From Fidelibacterota bacterium (GTDB lineage: Bacteria; Fidelibacterota; Marinisomatia; Marinisomatales; S15-B10): a stretch of 64,000 nucleotides of DNA. The stretch covers positions 3,978 through 67,977 of the forward strand of contig DTTI01000058.1 in the NCBI GenBank assembly GCA_012964825.1, read 5' to 3'. A program made the position numbers and the translations under genes. The notes beneath the pieces are model-generated. The model was not told where the DNA came from. It did no database searches and worked only from the letters and a program-made list of their open reading frames with translations. Shown in pieces: positions 47,204 through 55,733 of the stretch (the stretch's first letter is position 1; each line of letters begins with the position of its first letter).

Positions 47204-47929
47204 GTGAACCAGCGACTCAATCCACTCACACTGCTTTTTATACTAACAGTCTATCTGTTCTCGCTTTTTTCCACTGGGACAGCCACCGGTTATGGTCTAC
47301 ACTTTCTTGCAATCATTTTCGCCGGGTTGTCTTTTCGGGTACCTTACGTATCGGTTGTTTCAAGAATTCGCCCCGTACTCACTTTTCTCCCTGTCATGAC
47401 CGCTATCTATTGCCTAATCTCCTTGGTGATTACACCCGATCCGCTTACAGTTATTATTCAGCTAGCGCTGCTGGCCTTGGCAAAGATTGTGCTCATGGTG
47501 GTGGGAACTTCCTTCTTTCTCGAACTTGTCTCTTCCGCCGAACTGATTGACGCCCTCAGAACCTTCTGGTCCCGGCTGAAGCTGAAGTGGCGTCCTGTGG
47601 AAGACTTATTTCAGCTTTTCGACTTAACACTGAGATTTTTCCCCATGGTGATGGAAGAAATTAAAGCGCTCATGGGTATGGAGAAGGCGCTCGGTTTTAG
47701 GACTTCAAGGTCGAAATGGGCCCAGATCAAGAAAGTTTCCGGGCACCTCCCAACTCTTGTGGTCATTTGCATCCACAGAGCCGAACAGATCGGATTGGCC
47801 ATGGAAGGGAGGGGATACGGACAAGTTTTACCAAGAACCGTTGCTCGTCCTGTCCGCTTTGGGTTTCGTGACGGTATTTTGTTGATGGCGGTTCTCTTTA
47901 TTATAATCGGTCGAACATTCATTGCCTAA
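47204..47929 (+). CDS. ecfT: ECF-transporter transmembrane (T) component, EcfT/CbiQ family
   Basis: 241 aa from a GTG start. CbiQ-like coupling-helix region: LTLRFFPMVMEEIKALMGMEKALGF, later AEQIGLAMEGRGYG. Confidence 0.78.
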   Translation: MNQRLNPLTLLFILTVYLFSLFSTGTATGYGLHFLAIIFAGLSFRVPYVSVVSRIRPVLTFLPVMTAIYCLISLVITPDPLTVIIQLALLALAKIVLMVVGTSFFLELVSSAELIDALRTFWSRLKLKWRPVEDLFQLFDLTLRFFPMVMEEIKALMGMEKALGFRTSRSKWAQIKKVSGHLPTLVVICIHRAEQIGLAMEGRGYGQVLPRTVARPVRFGFRDGILLMAVLFIIIGRTFIA

Positions 47930-48656
47930 TTACAAGATCATTATAGAGTATGATGGTAAAGACTTTTCAGGATGGCAGCTCCAGCCTGAAAAGAGGACGG
48001 TTCAGGGTGAACTGGAACGGTCCCTCTCTCTTCTGAATGGAGATGCTTCGGTCCGTGTTCACGGAGCGGGGCGGACTGATGCCGGTGTGCATGCTCGTGG
48101 GCAGGTTGCGAACTTCACCCTTGAAAAAACATGGGAGCCTGAAAAGCTGGCAGGTGCCATCAATGGAACCAATGAAAAGGATGTGACGGTTCATTCCTGC
48201 GAACTGGTCTCTGATGAGTTCCATGCCCGTTTCAGCGCTGTGAAAAGGTTATACAATTACAAATGTTTTTTGGGGACCTCGCCCCTGGAGAGAAGATTTG
48301 CCTGGGAGATTCTTGGATCTATCTCCGCAGACCCTTTGCATCGGTGTGCAGAAATATTAAAAGGTGAGATCGATTTCACCTCATTCTGTAAATACATCCC
48401 CAAGCAGGAGAACCGTCGGTGCACCGTCTATCAATCTGAATGGATAAACGATAGCTCTTTCGTAATTTTTAAAATAGAGGCAAATCGATTCTTGCAGCAC
48501 CTTGTTCGGTGTCTTGTAGGGACCATGGTTGAAGTTGCCGTAGGTAGAACGACTGTTGAAAAATTTTCAGACATATTGGAAGAGAGAAATCCCAAGGCAA
48601 AAGTTTACAAGGCTCCTCCCCATGGACTCTGCCTGGAAAAAGTGACTTACGCATGA
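47922..48656 (+). CDS. truA: tRNA pseudouridine(38-40) synthase TruA
   Basis: 244 aa from a TTG start. Motifs: YDGKDFSGWQLQP and HGAGRTDAGVHA. Confidence 0.93.
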   Translation: MPNYKIIIEYDGKDFSGWQLQPEKRTVQGELERSLSLLNGDASVRVHGAGRTDAGVHARGQVANFTLEKTWEPEKLAGAINGTNEKDVTVHSCELVSDEFHARFSAVKRLYNYKCFLGTSPLERRFAWEILGSISADPLHRCAEILKGEIDFTSFCKYIPKQENRRCTVYQSEWINDSSFVIFKIEANRFLQHLVRCLVGTMVEVAVGRTTVEKFSDILEERNPKAKVYKAPPHGLCLEKVTYA

Positions 48657-49750
48657 CTGTGAAACAGATAAGGCTGATTCTGAGTCTCCTGGTGCTTATC
48701 TCGTTTCCGTTAGCGGCTTCGGATGTCACCAGCAACCGGGAAAACGCCCTTACCCGGGCCATTCAACAGCTGGGCCCCGCTGTGGCCAGCATCAATGTCA
48801 TCCAAATGAGGCAATACAGAACTTCACCGTTTATTGATGACCCGCTTTTTAGGTTTCTTTTCCCAAGGGAGCCGTACAGGCAGCAGGTTCCGAGCATTGG
48901 GTCAGGCGTTGTCATCAGCCCAGACGGCTATATTATTACAAACCAGCACGTAGTAGAAGATGCTGGCCAGATTCTTGTTACGCTCCCGGGCGGAGAAGAG
49001 TATGACGCTGTACTCATCGGTGCGGACTTAACCACTGACATTGCTGTTCTAAAAATCGATGGTCAAAATCTTCCTTATGCAAAGTTCGGAAATTCAAACG
49101 ATATCCTCATTGGCGAATGGGTCATTGCACTGGGCAACCCTTTGGGTCTCTTTGATCTGAACAAGCAGCCAACAGCCACGGTCGGTGTGATCAGCTCAAC
49201 CAATCTCGATTTTGGCCGGGAACATTCCGGTCGCGTCTATCAGGGGATGATTCAGACCGATGCGGCCATAAACCGGGGGAACAGTGGGGGACCGCTCTGC
49301 AATGCCAATGGAGAAGTGATTGGTATAAATACGTTCATCTTTACCGGAAGCGAGTACAGCGCAGGTTCCATCGGCATCGGTTTTGCAATTCCCATTGACA
49401 GAGCTAGAGAAATAGCCGAAGAGCTTAAGAAATACGGTCGTATCGACAGGAATGTGGCTGTCGGTTTTCGCTTTCAGCGCGTTGACAGGGCACTGGCAAG
49501 ATATCTACAATTGCCTCGTGTGGGTGGACTCATTATCACTGAGGTTTCCCGGCGTGGTCCTGCAAATAAAGCGGGATTACTAATTGGGGATGTGGTTTAC
49601 TTTATTAATGAGGAAAGAGTGAATTCGGGCGGTGATGTCATCAAGATTATCGAAGAAAATTTCCTTCGTCCCGGCGACAAGCTGAAGATTGGATATTATC
49701 GCGAAGGAGAAATGAAAGAGACATCACTGAGACTGGCGAAGAGGGCCTGA
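48653..49750 (+). CDS. S1C-family serine protease (HtrA/DegS-like) with one PDZ domain
   Basis: 365 aa with a signal anchor. Catalytic contexts: TNQHVV, DIAVLKI and GNSGGPL. C-terminal PDZ-like segment (GLIITEVSRRGPANKAGLLIGDVV). Confidence 0.9.
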   Translation: MTVKQIRLILSLLVLISFPLAASDVTSNRENALTRAIQQLGPAVASINVIQMRQYRTSPFIDDPLFRFLFPREPYRQQVPSIGSGVVISPDGYIITNQHVVEDAGQILVTLPGGEEYDAVLIGADLTTDIAVLKIDGQNLPYAKFGNSNDILIGEWVIALGNPLGLFDLNKQPTATVGVISSTNLDFGREHSGRVYQGMIQTDAAINRGNSGGPLCNANGEVIGINTFIFTGSEYSAGSIGIGFAIPIDRAREIAEELKKYGRIDRNVAVGFRFQRVDRALARYLQLPRVGGLIITEVSRRGPANKAGLLIGDVVYFINEERVNSGGDVIKIIEENFLRPGDKLKIGYYREGEMKETSLRLAKRA

Positions 49751-49752
49751 AC

Positions 49753-50379
49753 ATGGTGGCACCAGAAGGAAGAACTTTCATCGCAGCTGTGGGACTTGTG
49801 ACATTAGTGTCGGCATATCTTGCTTGGGGAGTTGGCGTTAATATTTTCCGGTTTATCTCGCTGGCCCTGATGGCATTTCTTGGCTTTTGTTTCATCTTTT
49901 TCAGGGACCCATCTCGAACAATTCCTGTTGGAGATAAGATTGTTCTGGCCCCGGCAGACGGGAAAGTGGTGGACATCTCCCAGTCCGAGAACGGTGAAAA
50001 GAAAGTGTCCATTTTTCTCTCCGTTTTTGATGTGCACAGGAATCGAACACCGGTGAGCGGCAGGGTGACACGGGTGAACTATTCAAAAGGCCGGTTCCTT
50101 GCTGCTTTTAAACCTGATGCTTCCATAATTAATGAACATACTGATGTGGAAATTCAATCGCTTGGTGGAATCGTGAAAGTGAGACAAATTGCCGGCATTC
50201 TGGCGAGACGGATAATTTGCCACCTCAAGGAAGGGCAGCAAGTATTAGGTGGTGAGTCACTTGGGTTTATCCGATTTGGTTCACGGACCGATCTTGTGGT
50301 GCCGCCTGGGACCAGTATTAATGTAAAAGTTGGTGATCGAGTTAAAAGCGGTTCATCAATCATAGGAGAGTTATCGTGA
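49753..50379 (+). CDS. psd: Phosphatidylserine decarboxylase proenzyme (short form)
   Basis: 208 aa. Motifs: SPADGKV-like (APADGKV), FDVHRNRTPVSG and the GS self-cleavage context FGSRTD. Confidence 0.9.
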   Translation: MVAPEGRTFIAAVGLVTLVSAYLAWGVGVNIFRFISLALMAFLGFCFIFFRDPSRTIPVGDKIVLAPADGKVVDISQSENGEKKVSIFLSVFDVHRNRTPVSGRVTRVNYSKGRFLAAFKPDASIINEHTDVEIQSLGGIVKVRQIAGILARRIICHLKEGQQVLGGESLGFIRFGSRTDLVVPPGTSINVKVGDRVKSGSSIIGELS

Positions 50380-51137
50380 AGCCCAAGGTAAGGGTAAAAA
50401 AACAGGCAGTTCCTGGTGTTCTCACATTCGTTAACCTGTTCTTTGGTTTCCTGGCTATCGTTCAGGCTTCACAGGGACGGATTGAAAATGCCTGCTGGCT
50501 TATCTTGGCGGCCTCTCTGTTCGACGCCATGGATGGTCCCACGGCCCGTGCCTTGAAAGTGACAACACCTTTCGGTGTGGAGTTTGATTCCATCGCTGAT
50601 GTGGTCTCATTTTGCACTGCTCCGGCGGTACTAATCTATTTCTCGTTTGTGCAGGATTTGCACCCACTTCTGGCTGCTGCCATCAGCTTTGTACCTCTCA
50701 TCTCAGGTGCATTTCGACTGGCCCGCTTTAACCAAGTTGCTACGGGGACGCCCTCACCTTTTTATTCAGGCCTGCCGTCAACCGCATTTGCGGTAACCCT
50801 TAGCGCTTTCGTTATATTCAACAGTCGGCTGCTTGGCACCACCGGTGATCCGAGGATCGCCCTTCCACTCGTACTTTTTCTTTCTATGCTTATGGTGAGT
50901 CACCTTGCTTATCCGAAGTTGACCTATATCGGCAAAGGGTGGCATTCAAGAATTAAGGTCATTTTCTTCCTGCTGAGCCTCGCAGCACTCACCTGGTGGC
51001 GCAGTCTTGTTCTTTTTCCCCTCACCATGATGTATGTGATTGGTGGTTTCATCAGATTGCTTTTTAACCGCGAGGATATGGAAGCGAATCCTCGTCCCAT
51101 GTGGATTACAAGAAATAGAAAAGGACGCCATGGTTAG
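50376..51137 (+). CDS. pssA: CDP-diacylglycerol--serine O-phosphatidyltransferase
   Basis: 253 aa with the CDP-alcohol phosphatidyltransferase motif DAMDGPTARALKVTTPFGVEFDSIAD. It is adjacent to psd. Confidence 0.9.
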   Translation: MKPKVRVKKQAVPGVLTFVNLFFGFLAIVQASQGRIENACWLILAASLFDAMDGPTARALKVTTPFGVEFDSIADVVSFCTAPAVLIYFSFVQDLHPLLAAAISFVPLISGAFRLARFNQVATGTPSPFYSGLPSTAFAVTLSAFVIFNSRLLGTTGDPRIALPLVLFLSMLMVSHLAYPKLTYIGKGWHSRIKVIFFLLSLAALTWWRSLVLFPLTMMYVIGGFIRLLFNREDMEANPRPMWITRNRKGRHG

Positions 51138-51420
51138 TAGACGGGACCTGAAGGTTGTGATTCTGGTTCTCTTTGCTGGTGCCATGATCGGTACACTTTT
51201 CGGTGACCTCATCGGCTTTGTTCTGCCGGAGGGGGTCGTGAAGCAATTTTTTCTTCAAAGCACGGAATTTTCCCTGGGTGGACTTGTAGGCACACCGAAC
51301 GATGCCATTTCGCTGGATATCGGCGCCATAGCACTGATCCTAGGTCTTAAGATCCAGCTTAACTTTGCTACAATCTTTGGTCTTGCAGTATCATACTATT
51401 TTTTGAGGTATTTTCGATAG
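51130..51420 (+). CDS. Small membrane protein (DUF4321-like)
   Basis: 96 aa from ATG 51130, which overlaps the pssA 3' end. It has two hydrophobic segments (VVILVLFAGAMIGTLFGDLIGFV; FGLAVSYYFL). Family recall is tentative. Confidence 0.55.
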   Translation: MVSRRDLKVVILVLFAGAMIGTLFGDLIGFVLPEGVVKQFFLQSTEFSLGGLVGTPNDAISLDIGAIALILGLKIQLNFATIFGLAVSYYFLRYFR

Positions 51421-51438
51421 TCAACTTTGGAGGTTGAA

Positions 51439-51675
51439 ATGTTTCAAATAATGAATCTTCCTTTTATGGTAAGCATTGGTGGTTGGGAAGTACTCCTAAT
51501 TTTTCTTGTTGTACTCCTTCTGTTTGGTGCAAAACGACTGCCGGAACTTGCAAAAGGCCTAGGAAAGGGAATTCGGGAGTTCAAGGGTGCCGTCGAGGGG
51601 ATAGAAAAAGAACTCGATGAAGCGGCCGATTCAGTTGAAAAGACGCAGGAGCCCAATCACTCCTCCGGTGCCTGA
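51439..51675 (+). CDS. tatA: Twin-arginine translocase subunit TatA/E
   Basis: IGGWEVLLIFLVVLLLFGAKRLPELAKGLGKGIREFK matches the TatA pattern. ATG 51439 has GGAGG 5 nt upstream. The ORF opens at TTG 51427. Confidence 0.88.
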   Translation: MFQIMNLPFMVSIGGWEVLLIFLVVLLLFGAKRLPELAKGLGKGIREFKGAVEGIEKELDEAADSVEKTQEPNHSSGA

Positions 51676-53026
51676 ACCGGCTACTCCAAAACCAGATCTC
51701 ACAAGTTTCAGCGACACCGCAGATCTGTTTAATGACCGCAATGCGATTGTTTATCGGGATAGTGCGCTATATCTTGAGGATCGACTCGAAAGCGGTCTGC
51801 TGAATGGGGCTACTGTTGCTGTCAAAGACAACATTGCTGTCAAAGGGTGGCCCCTTTCCTGCGCCTCCCACGTTTTAGACAGCTTTAATTCACCCTATCA
51901 TTCCACTGTAGTTAACCGGATACTGGATGAGGGGGGTGTCATTGTTGCGAAGACCAACCACGATGAATTCGCCATGGGTTCCTCCAATGAGCACTCGGCG
52001 TTTGGTGCTGCGAAGCACCCTTTCGATCCGGAGAGAGTTCCCGGTGGCTCCAGCGGCGGATCGGCAACGTCCGTAGCTCTTGGCATCACTGAAATAGCCC
52101 TCGGTTCGGACACTGGCGGTTCTGTTCGCCAACCAGCGGCATTCTGCGGTGTCTACGGACTGAAGCCCACTTACGGCAGGGTGTCCCGGTACGGGTTGGT
52201 AGCTTTTGCCTCATCTTTCGATCAGATCGGTCCTTTCGCCCGGAACACTGCTGGCATTGCAAAATGTCTACAGGTTATCGCCGGGCATGACCCCATGGAT
52301 ACCACATCCGCTAAAGAACCGATACCGAAGTACGGTGAGCGCCTTGACGGGAAGATTCCGAGGCGGATTGGTGTACCTTGGAGCTTCCTCAAGGAAGGTG
52401 TTGATCCTGAGATCATAGAAAAGGTGAAACAGCTGGAATCTTTCCTCTGTGAAAATGGCTGCCAGGTTGAAGAAATTCAATTACCACACGCAAAGTACTC
52501 CATCGCCGCTTATTATGTTCTTACAAATGCTGAGGCGTCATCCAACCTTGCTCGTTACGATGGTGTCCGCTATGGCCTCAGTAACCGTGGTGACGACTTG
52601 CAATCCATGTATAATAACAGCCGGTCAGATGGTTTTGGCGATGAAGTGAAACGGCGGATTATGCTGGGCACTTACGTTCTCTCTTCAGGCTACTACGACG
52701 CTTATTTCCGGAAAGGACAGCAGGTTCGGCGGCTCATCAGAGATGACTTCATCAAAGTTTTTGAAAATGTAGACATCATTCTTCTCCCCACGTCACCCAC
52801 TCCACCGTTCCGTTTGGGCGAGCACTTGGAAGATCCAATCAGCATGTACCTTTCGGACATCTTTACGACACCCATCAGTCTCGCCGGCGTGCCTGCCATG
52901 AGTATCCCTGTTGGACAAACATCAGCCGACCTTCCAATCGGCCTTCAGCTGGTGGCGAACTTCTTTCAGGAGGAAACAATTCTCCGGCTCAGTCATTTCA
53001 TAGAAAACAACTTTTCAAAAGGTTAA
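51617..53026 (+). CDS. gatA: Glu-tRNA(Gln)/Asp-tRNA(Asn) amidotransferase subunit A
   Basis: Amidase signature GGSSGGSA and GSDTGGSVRQPA. The start is uncertain: ATG 51617 (59-nt overlap with tatA) or in-frame GTG 51668. Confidence 0.92.
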   Translation: MKRPIQLKRRRSPITPPVPEPATPKPDLTSFSDTADLFNDRNAIVYRDSALYLEDRLESGLLNGATVAVKDNIAVKGWPLSCASHVLDSFNSPYHSTVVNRILDEGGVIVAKTNHDEFAMGSSNEHSAFGAAKHPFDPERVPGGSSGGSATSVALGITEIALGSDTGGSVRQPAAFCGVYGLKPTYGRVSRYGLVAFASSFDQIGPFARNTAGIAKCLQVIAGHDPMDTTSAKEPIPKYGERLDGKIPRRIGVPWSFLKEGVDPEIIEKVKQLESFLCENGCQVEEIQLPHAKYSIAAYYVLTNAEASSNLARYDGVRYGLSNRGDDLQSMYNNSRSDGFGDEVKRRIMLGTYVLSSGYYDAYFRKGQQVRRLIRDDFIKVFENVDIILLPTSPTPPFRLGEHLEDPISMYLSDIFTTPISLAGVPAMSIPVGQTSADLPIGLQLVANFFQEETILRLSHFIENNFSKG

Positions 53027-54019
53027 ATGTTTGAATTTGCCAATCCTTGGGTTCTTGTTCTTGTCGTACTGATCCCACTGGCTGTCTGGTGGCAAAAGCG
53101 GTGGGGTAACAGGCGGGAAGGGACCATTCAGCTTTCCTCTGTTCACTCCATAAAAAATGTGGCCGGGCTTTCAGGGGAATGGAAATTGAAACTCGTCAGA
53201 ATAATTCAAATGATTATTCTTTCATTTCTGATTATGGCCATGGCACGCCCTCGGACTGTCCTTGATTCCACGGAGATATCCGTCAATGTGGTGGACATCA
53301 ATTTGGTTCTGGACATCAGCAGCAGTATGCGGGCGGAAGATTTCAAACCCAATCGCTTGGAGGCGGCGAAAGCGACAGCACGAAAGTTCATTGAAGACCG
53401 GGAAGGTGACAGAATCGGGCTGCTCGTATTTGCCGGAGAGAGTTATATCCAGTGTCCTCTTACTATTGATTACGATGTATTACTCGATCTTCTCGACCAG
53501 GTGGCAATTGTGGATGAAGCACACGATGGAACTGCCATCGGGATGGCCCTGGCCCACGGCATTAACCGCCTTCGCAGTAGCGACGCAAAGAGCAGGATCA
53601 TGGTACTTCTTTCCGACGGGAGTAATAATGCAGGTGAACTGGACCCCATAACCGCTGCGGGTTTTGCAGCGGAGTATTCGATAAAGATTTATGCTATAGG
53701 AGTAGGATCGCGGGGTAAGGCTCCTTTTCCGGTTGACGATCCCGTTTTCGGTAAACGCTATGTTCAGGTGGATGTGGAAATGGATGAAATAACACTCCAA
53801 AAAGTTGCAGAGGCAACAGACGGACAATATTTTAGGGCTACCGATGAAGAGCGTCTTGCAGAAATATATGACGAAATCAACTCTCTGGAGAGATCAGAAA
53901 TCAGCGTAAAACAGTTCAGAGAATACAGGGAACTTTTTGGATGGTTGCTTATTCCAGCAGTGACTCTGGTGCTGGGGATGAGTTTTGTGAATGAAAATAT
54001 TTTCAGGAAAAGAGTTTGA
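53027..54019 (+). CDS. batA: VWA-domain aerotolerance protein BatA
   Basis: 330 aa with N- and C-terminal TM segments and a VWA MIDAS motif (LDISSSM). Confidence 0.85.
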   Translation: MFEFANPWVLVLVVLIPLAVWWQKRWGNRREGTIQLSSVHSIKNVAGLSGEWKLKLVRIIQMIILSFLIMAMARPRTVLDSTEISVNVVDINLVLDISSSMRAEDFKPNRLEAAKATARKFIEDREGDRIGLLVFAGESYIQCPLTIDYDVLLDLLDQVAIVDEAHDGTAIGMALAHGINRLRSSDAKSRIMVLLSDGSNNAGELDPITAAGFAAEYSIKIYAIGVGSRGKAPFPVDDPVFGKRYVQVDVEMDEITLQKVAEATDGQYFRATDEERLAEIYDEINSLERSEISVKQFREYRELFGWLLIPAVTLVLGMSFVNENIFRKRV

Positions 54020-55051
54020 ATGATTGAATTCAGATACCCTTTAGTTTTATTGGCTTATGGCTTTCTTGCCGCTTTATTAATTCTTAAGAGATTTAAAACA
54101 AGTGCTAAGGCGGCTGAATCCTCAAGATGGGGGGAGGAAAAAGTAAAGGCACGGCTGTTTTCCAGGCTCAACTCAAAATCATTGCGGCGGAAATCCAACC
54201 TGCAGTTCTGGAGTGCTGTCTTCCTTATTTTTTCAGCTTCTGGACCTCAGATTGGGACATCACTTCAGGAAGTTGAGCGAAGGGGAGTAGACATACTGGT
54301 CGCCTTGGATATCTCCTCCAGCATGAAGGCTGAAGATGTTAAGCCTAACAGGCTTGAAAAAGCAAAATTTGAGATAGGTCGTCTTGTTTCCCAGTTGAAA
54401 GGTGACAGAATCGGTCTGGTGGTTTTTGCCGGTACCAGTCACCTCTATTTACCGCTGACCGGTGATTATGATGCGGCGCGGCTGTTTGTAAACGCAGTAG
54501 ATACAGAAATGATAAGAACACAGGGAACTTCCATGAGTGAGGCTTTATATACAGCCTTGAACGCCTTCCCGGAAGAAGAACAAAAGCACCGTGTCCTTAT
54601 TGTCATGAGTGATGGAGAGGATCATGAAGGAAAAGCTGTTGAGGTTGCCAAAGAGCTCAATGCTCAGGGCGTTGTCATTCACACCGTAGGTGTTGGAACA
54701 GCGGCCGGTTCCCTTATCCCTGTGTTCGATGAGCAGAGGGGCAGAACGGATTATAAGAAGGACAGGGGTGGTAAACTGGTAACGTCCATCTTAAATGATG
54801 CTATGCTGAGAGAAATTGCTTCTGCCAGTGGTGGTGTTTCAGTTCGATTTGATGGAAGATCGGGCAGTATGGACGATGTAATGAATGTTATTCAGGCCAT
54901 GGAGAAAAAAACACTGAAAACGCACGAATATTCTCAGTTTGAGGACCGGTACGAACTGATCCTCGCCTGTGCATTTTTCCTCTTTGTGGCCGACTTTTTA
55001 ATGCCAACGTGCCGGATGAGCGAAAAAGAATGGAAGGGGCGATTTGTTTAA
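54020..55051 (+). CDS. batB: VWA-domain aerotolerance protein BatB
   Basis: 343 aa. A second VWA protein with LDISSSM and the same TM-VWA-TM layout. Confidence 0.85.
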   Translation: MIEFRYPLVLLAYGFLAALLILKRFKTSAKAAESSRWGEEKVKARLFSRLNSKSLRRKSNLQFWSAVFLIFSASGPQIGTSLQEVERRGVDILVALDISSSMKAEDVKPNRLEKAKFEIGRLVSQLKGDRIGLVVFAGTSHLYLPLTGDYDAARLFVNAVDTEMIRTQGTSMSEALYTALNAFPEEEQKHRVLIVMSDGEDHEGKAVEVAKELNAQGVVIHTVGVGTAAGSLIPVFDEQRGRTDYKKDRGGKLVTSILNDAMLREIASASGGVSVRFDGRSGSMDDVMNVIQAMEKKTLKTHEYSQFEDRYELILACAFFLFVADFLMPTCRMSEKEWKGRFV

Positions 55052-55733
55052 TCAGATAATGTTGATATCAGGTTTGTTCTCTTTACTGTGGGGACAACAA
55101 ATTCCGAATATCCAGCCTTTGGTTATGGAACCTCCATCTAAAACATCAAAGGAAGTGAGCCGCGGCCTTGCGTACTACGAAAATATTTTAAAGAAAAAAC
55201 CTGATCTTCCTGAAGCTCACTTTGGTGCCGGTCATTCCGCCTACTCCATTGAAAACTACGAGCGGGCAAAAAAGGAGTTTGATTCTTCTTTGAAATCGGA
55301 ACGAAAAGATCTTCAGGCAAAATCACACTACAACCTCGGCAACACACTCCACCAGCAAGGCCGCCTTGAAGAGAGCCTTATGGCCTTTAGGAAGGCTATA
55401 CAACTTGATTCATCGGACATGGATGCAAAGTACAATTATGAACTGACCCAGCGAATGCTCAGACAGATGCAGAACAAGCAGCAATCTCAACCCCAGCAGT
55501 CTGATAATGATGAACAGAAAGAAGATCAAAACCAACAACAGCAACCTCAACAGCCGGAAGACCAAGAAGAGCAAGATCCAAACCAGATTCCTGAAGATCA
55601 GCAAGAGCAGGAACCTCAGCAGGTCAAGCCTAATGCGGAAGCGATCCTGGACGCTTTGAAAGCTGATGAAGAAAACCTAATGAAGCGGAAACTGGGCCAT
55701 GCCCTTTCAAAGAAGCTGGCGAAGGACTGGTAA
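55044..55733 (+). CDS. batC: TPR-repeat protein BatC with a Q/E-rich tail
   Basis: 229 aa from a TTG start, with TPR-like repeats (AHFGAGHSAY..., SHYNLGNTLHQQGRLEES) followed by a QQSQPQQSDNDEQKEDQNQQQQPQQPEDQEEQ tract. Confidence 0.75.
   Translation: MFNQIMLISGLFSLLWGQQIPNIQPLVMEPPSKTSKEVSRGLAYYENILKKKPDLPEAHFGAGHSAYSIENYERAKKEFDSSLKSERKDLQAKSHYNLGNTLHQQGRLEESLMAFRKAIQLDSSDMDAKYNYELTQRMLRQMQNKQQSQPQQSDNDEQKEDQNQQQQPQQPEDQEEQDPNQIPEDQQEQEPQQVKPNAEAILDALKADEENLMKRKLGHALSKKLAKDW

Noticed and set aside
55410-55604. A 64-aa antisense ORF and a CAA/CAG-rich tract that could look like a DNA repeat element.
   Set aside because: It is the Q/E-rich low-complexity tail of BatC read on the other strand. 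There is no regular unit and no spacer structure.
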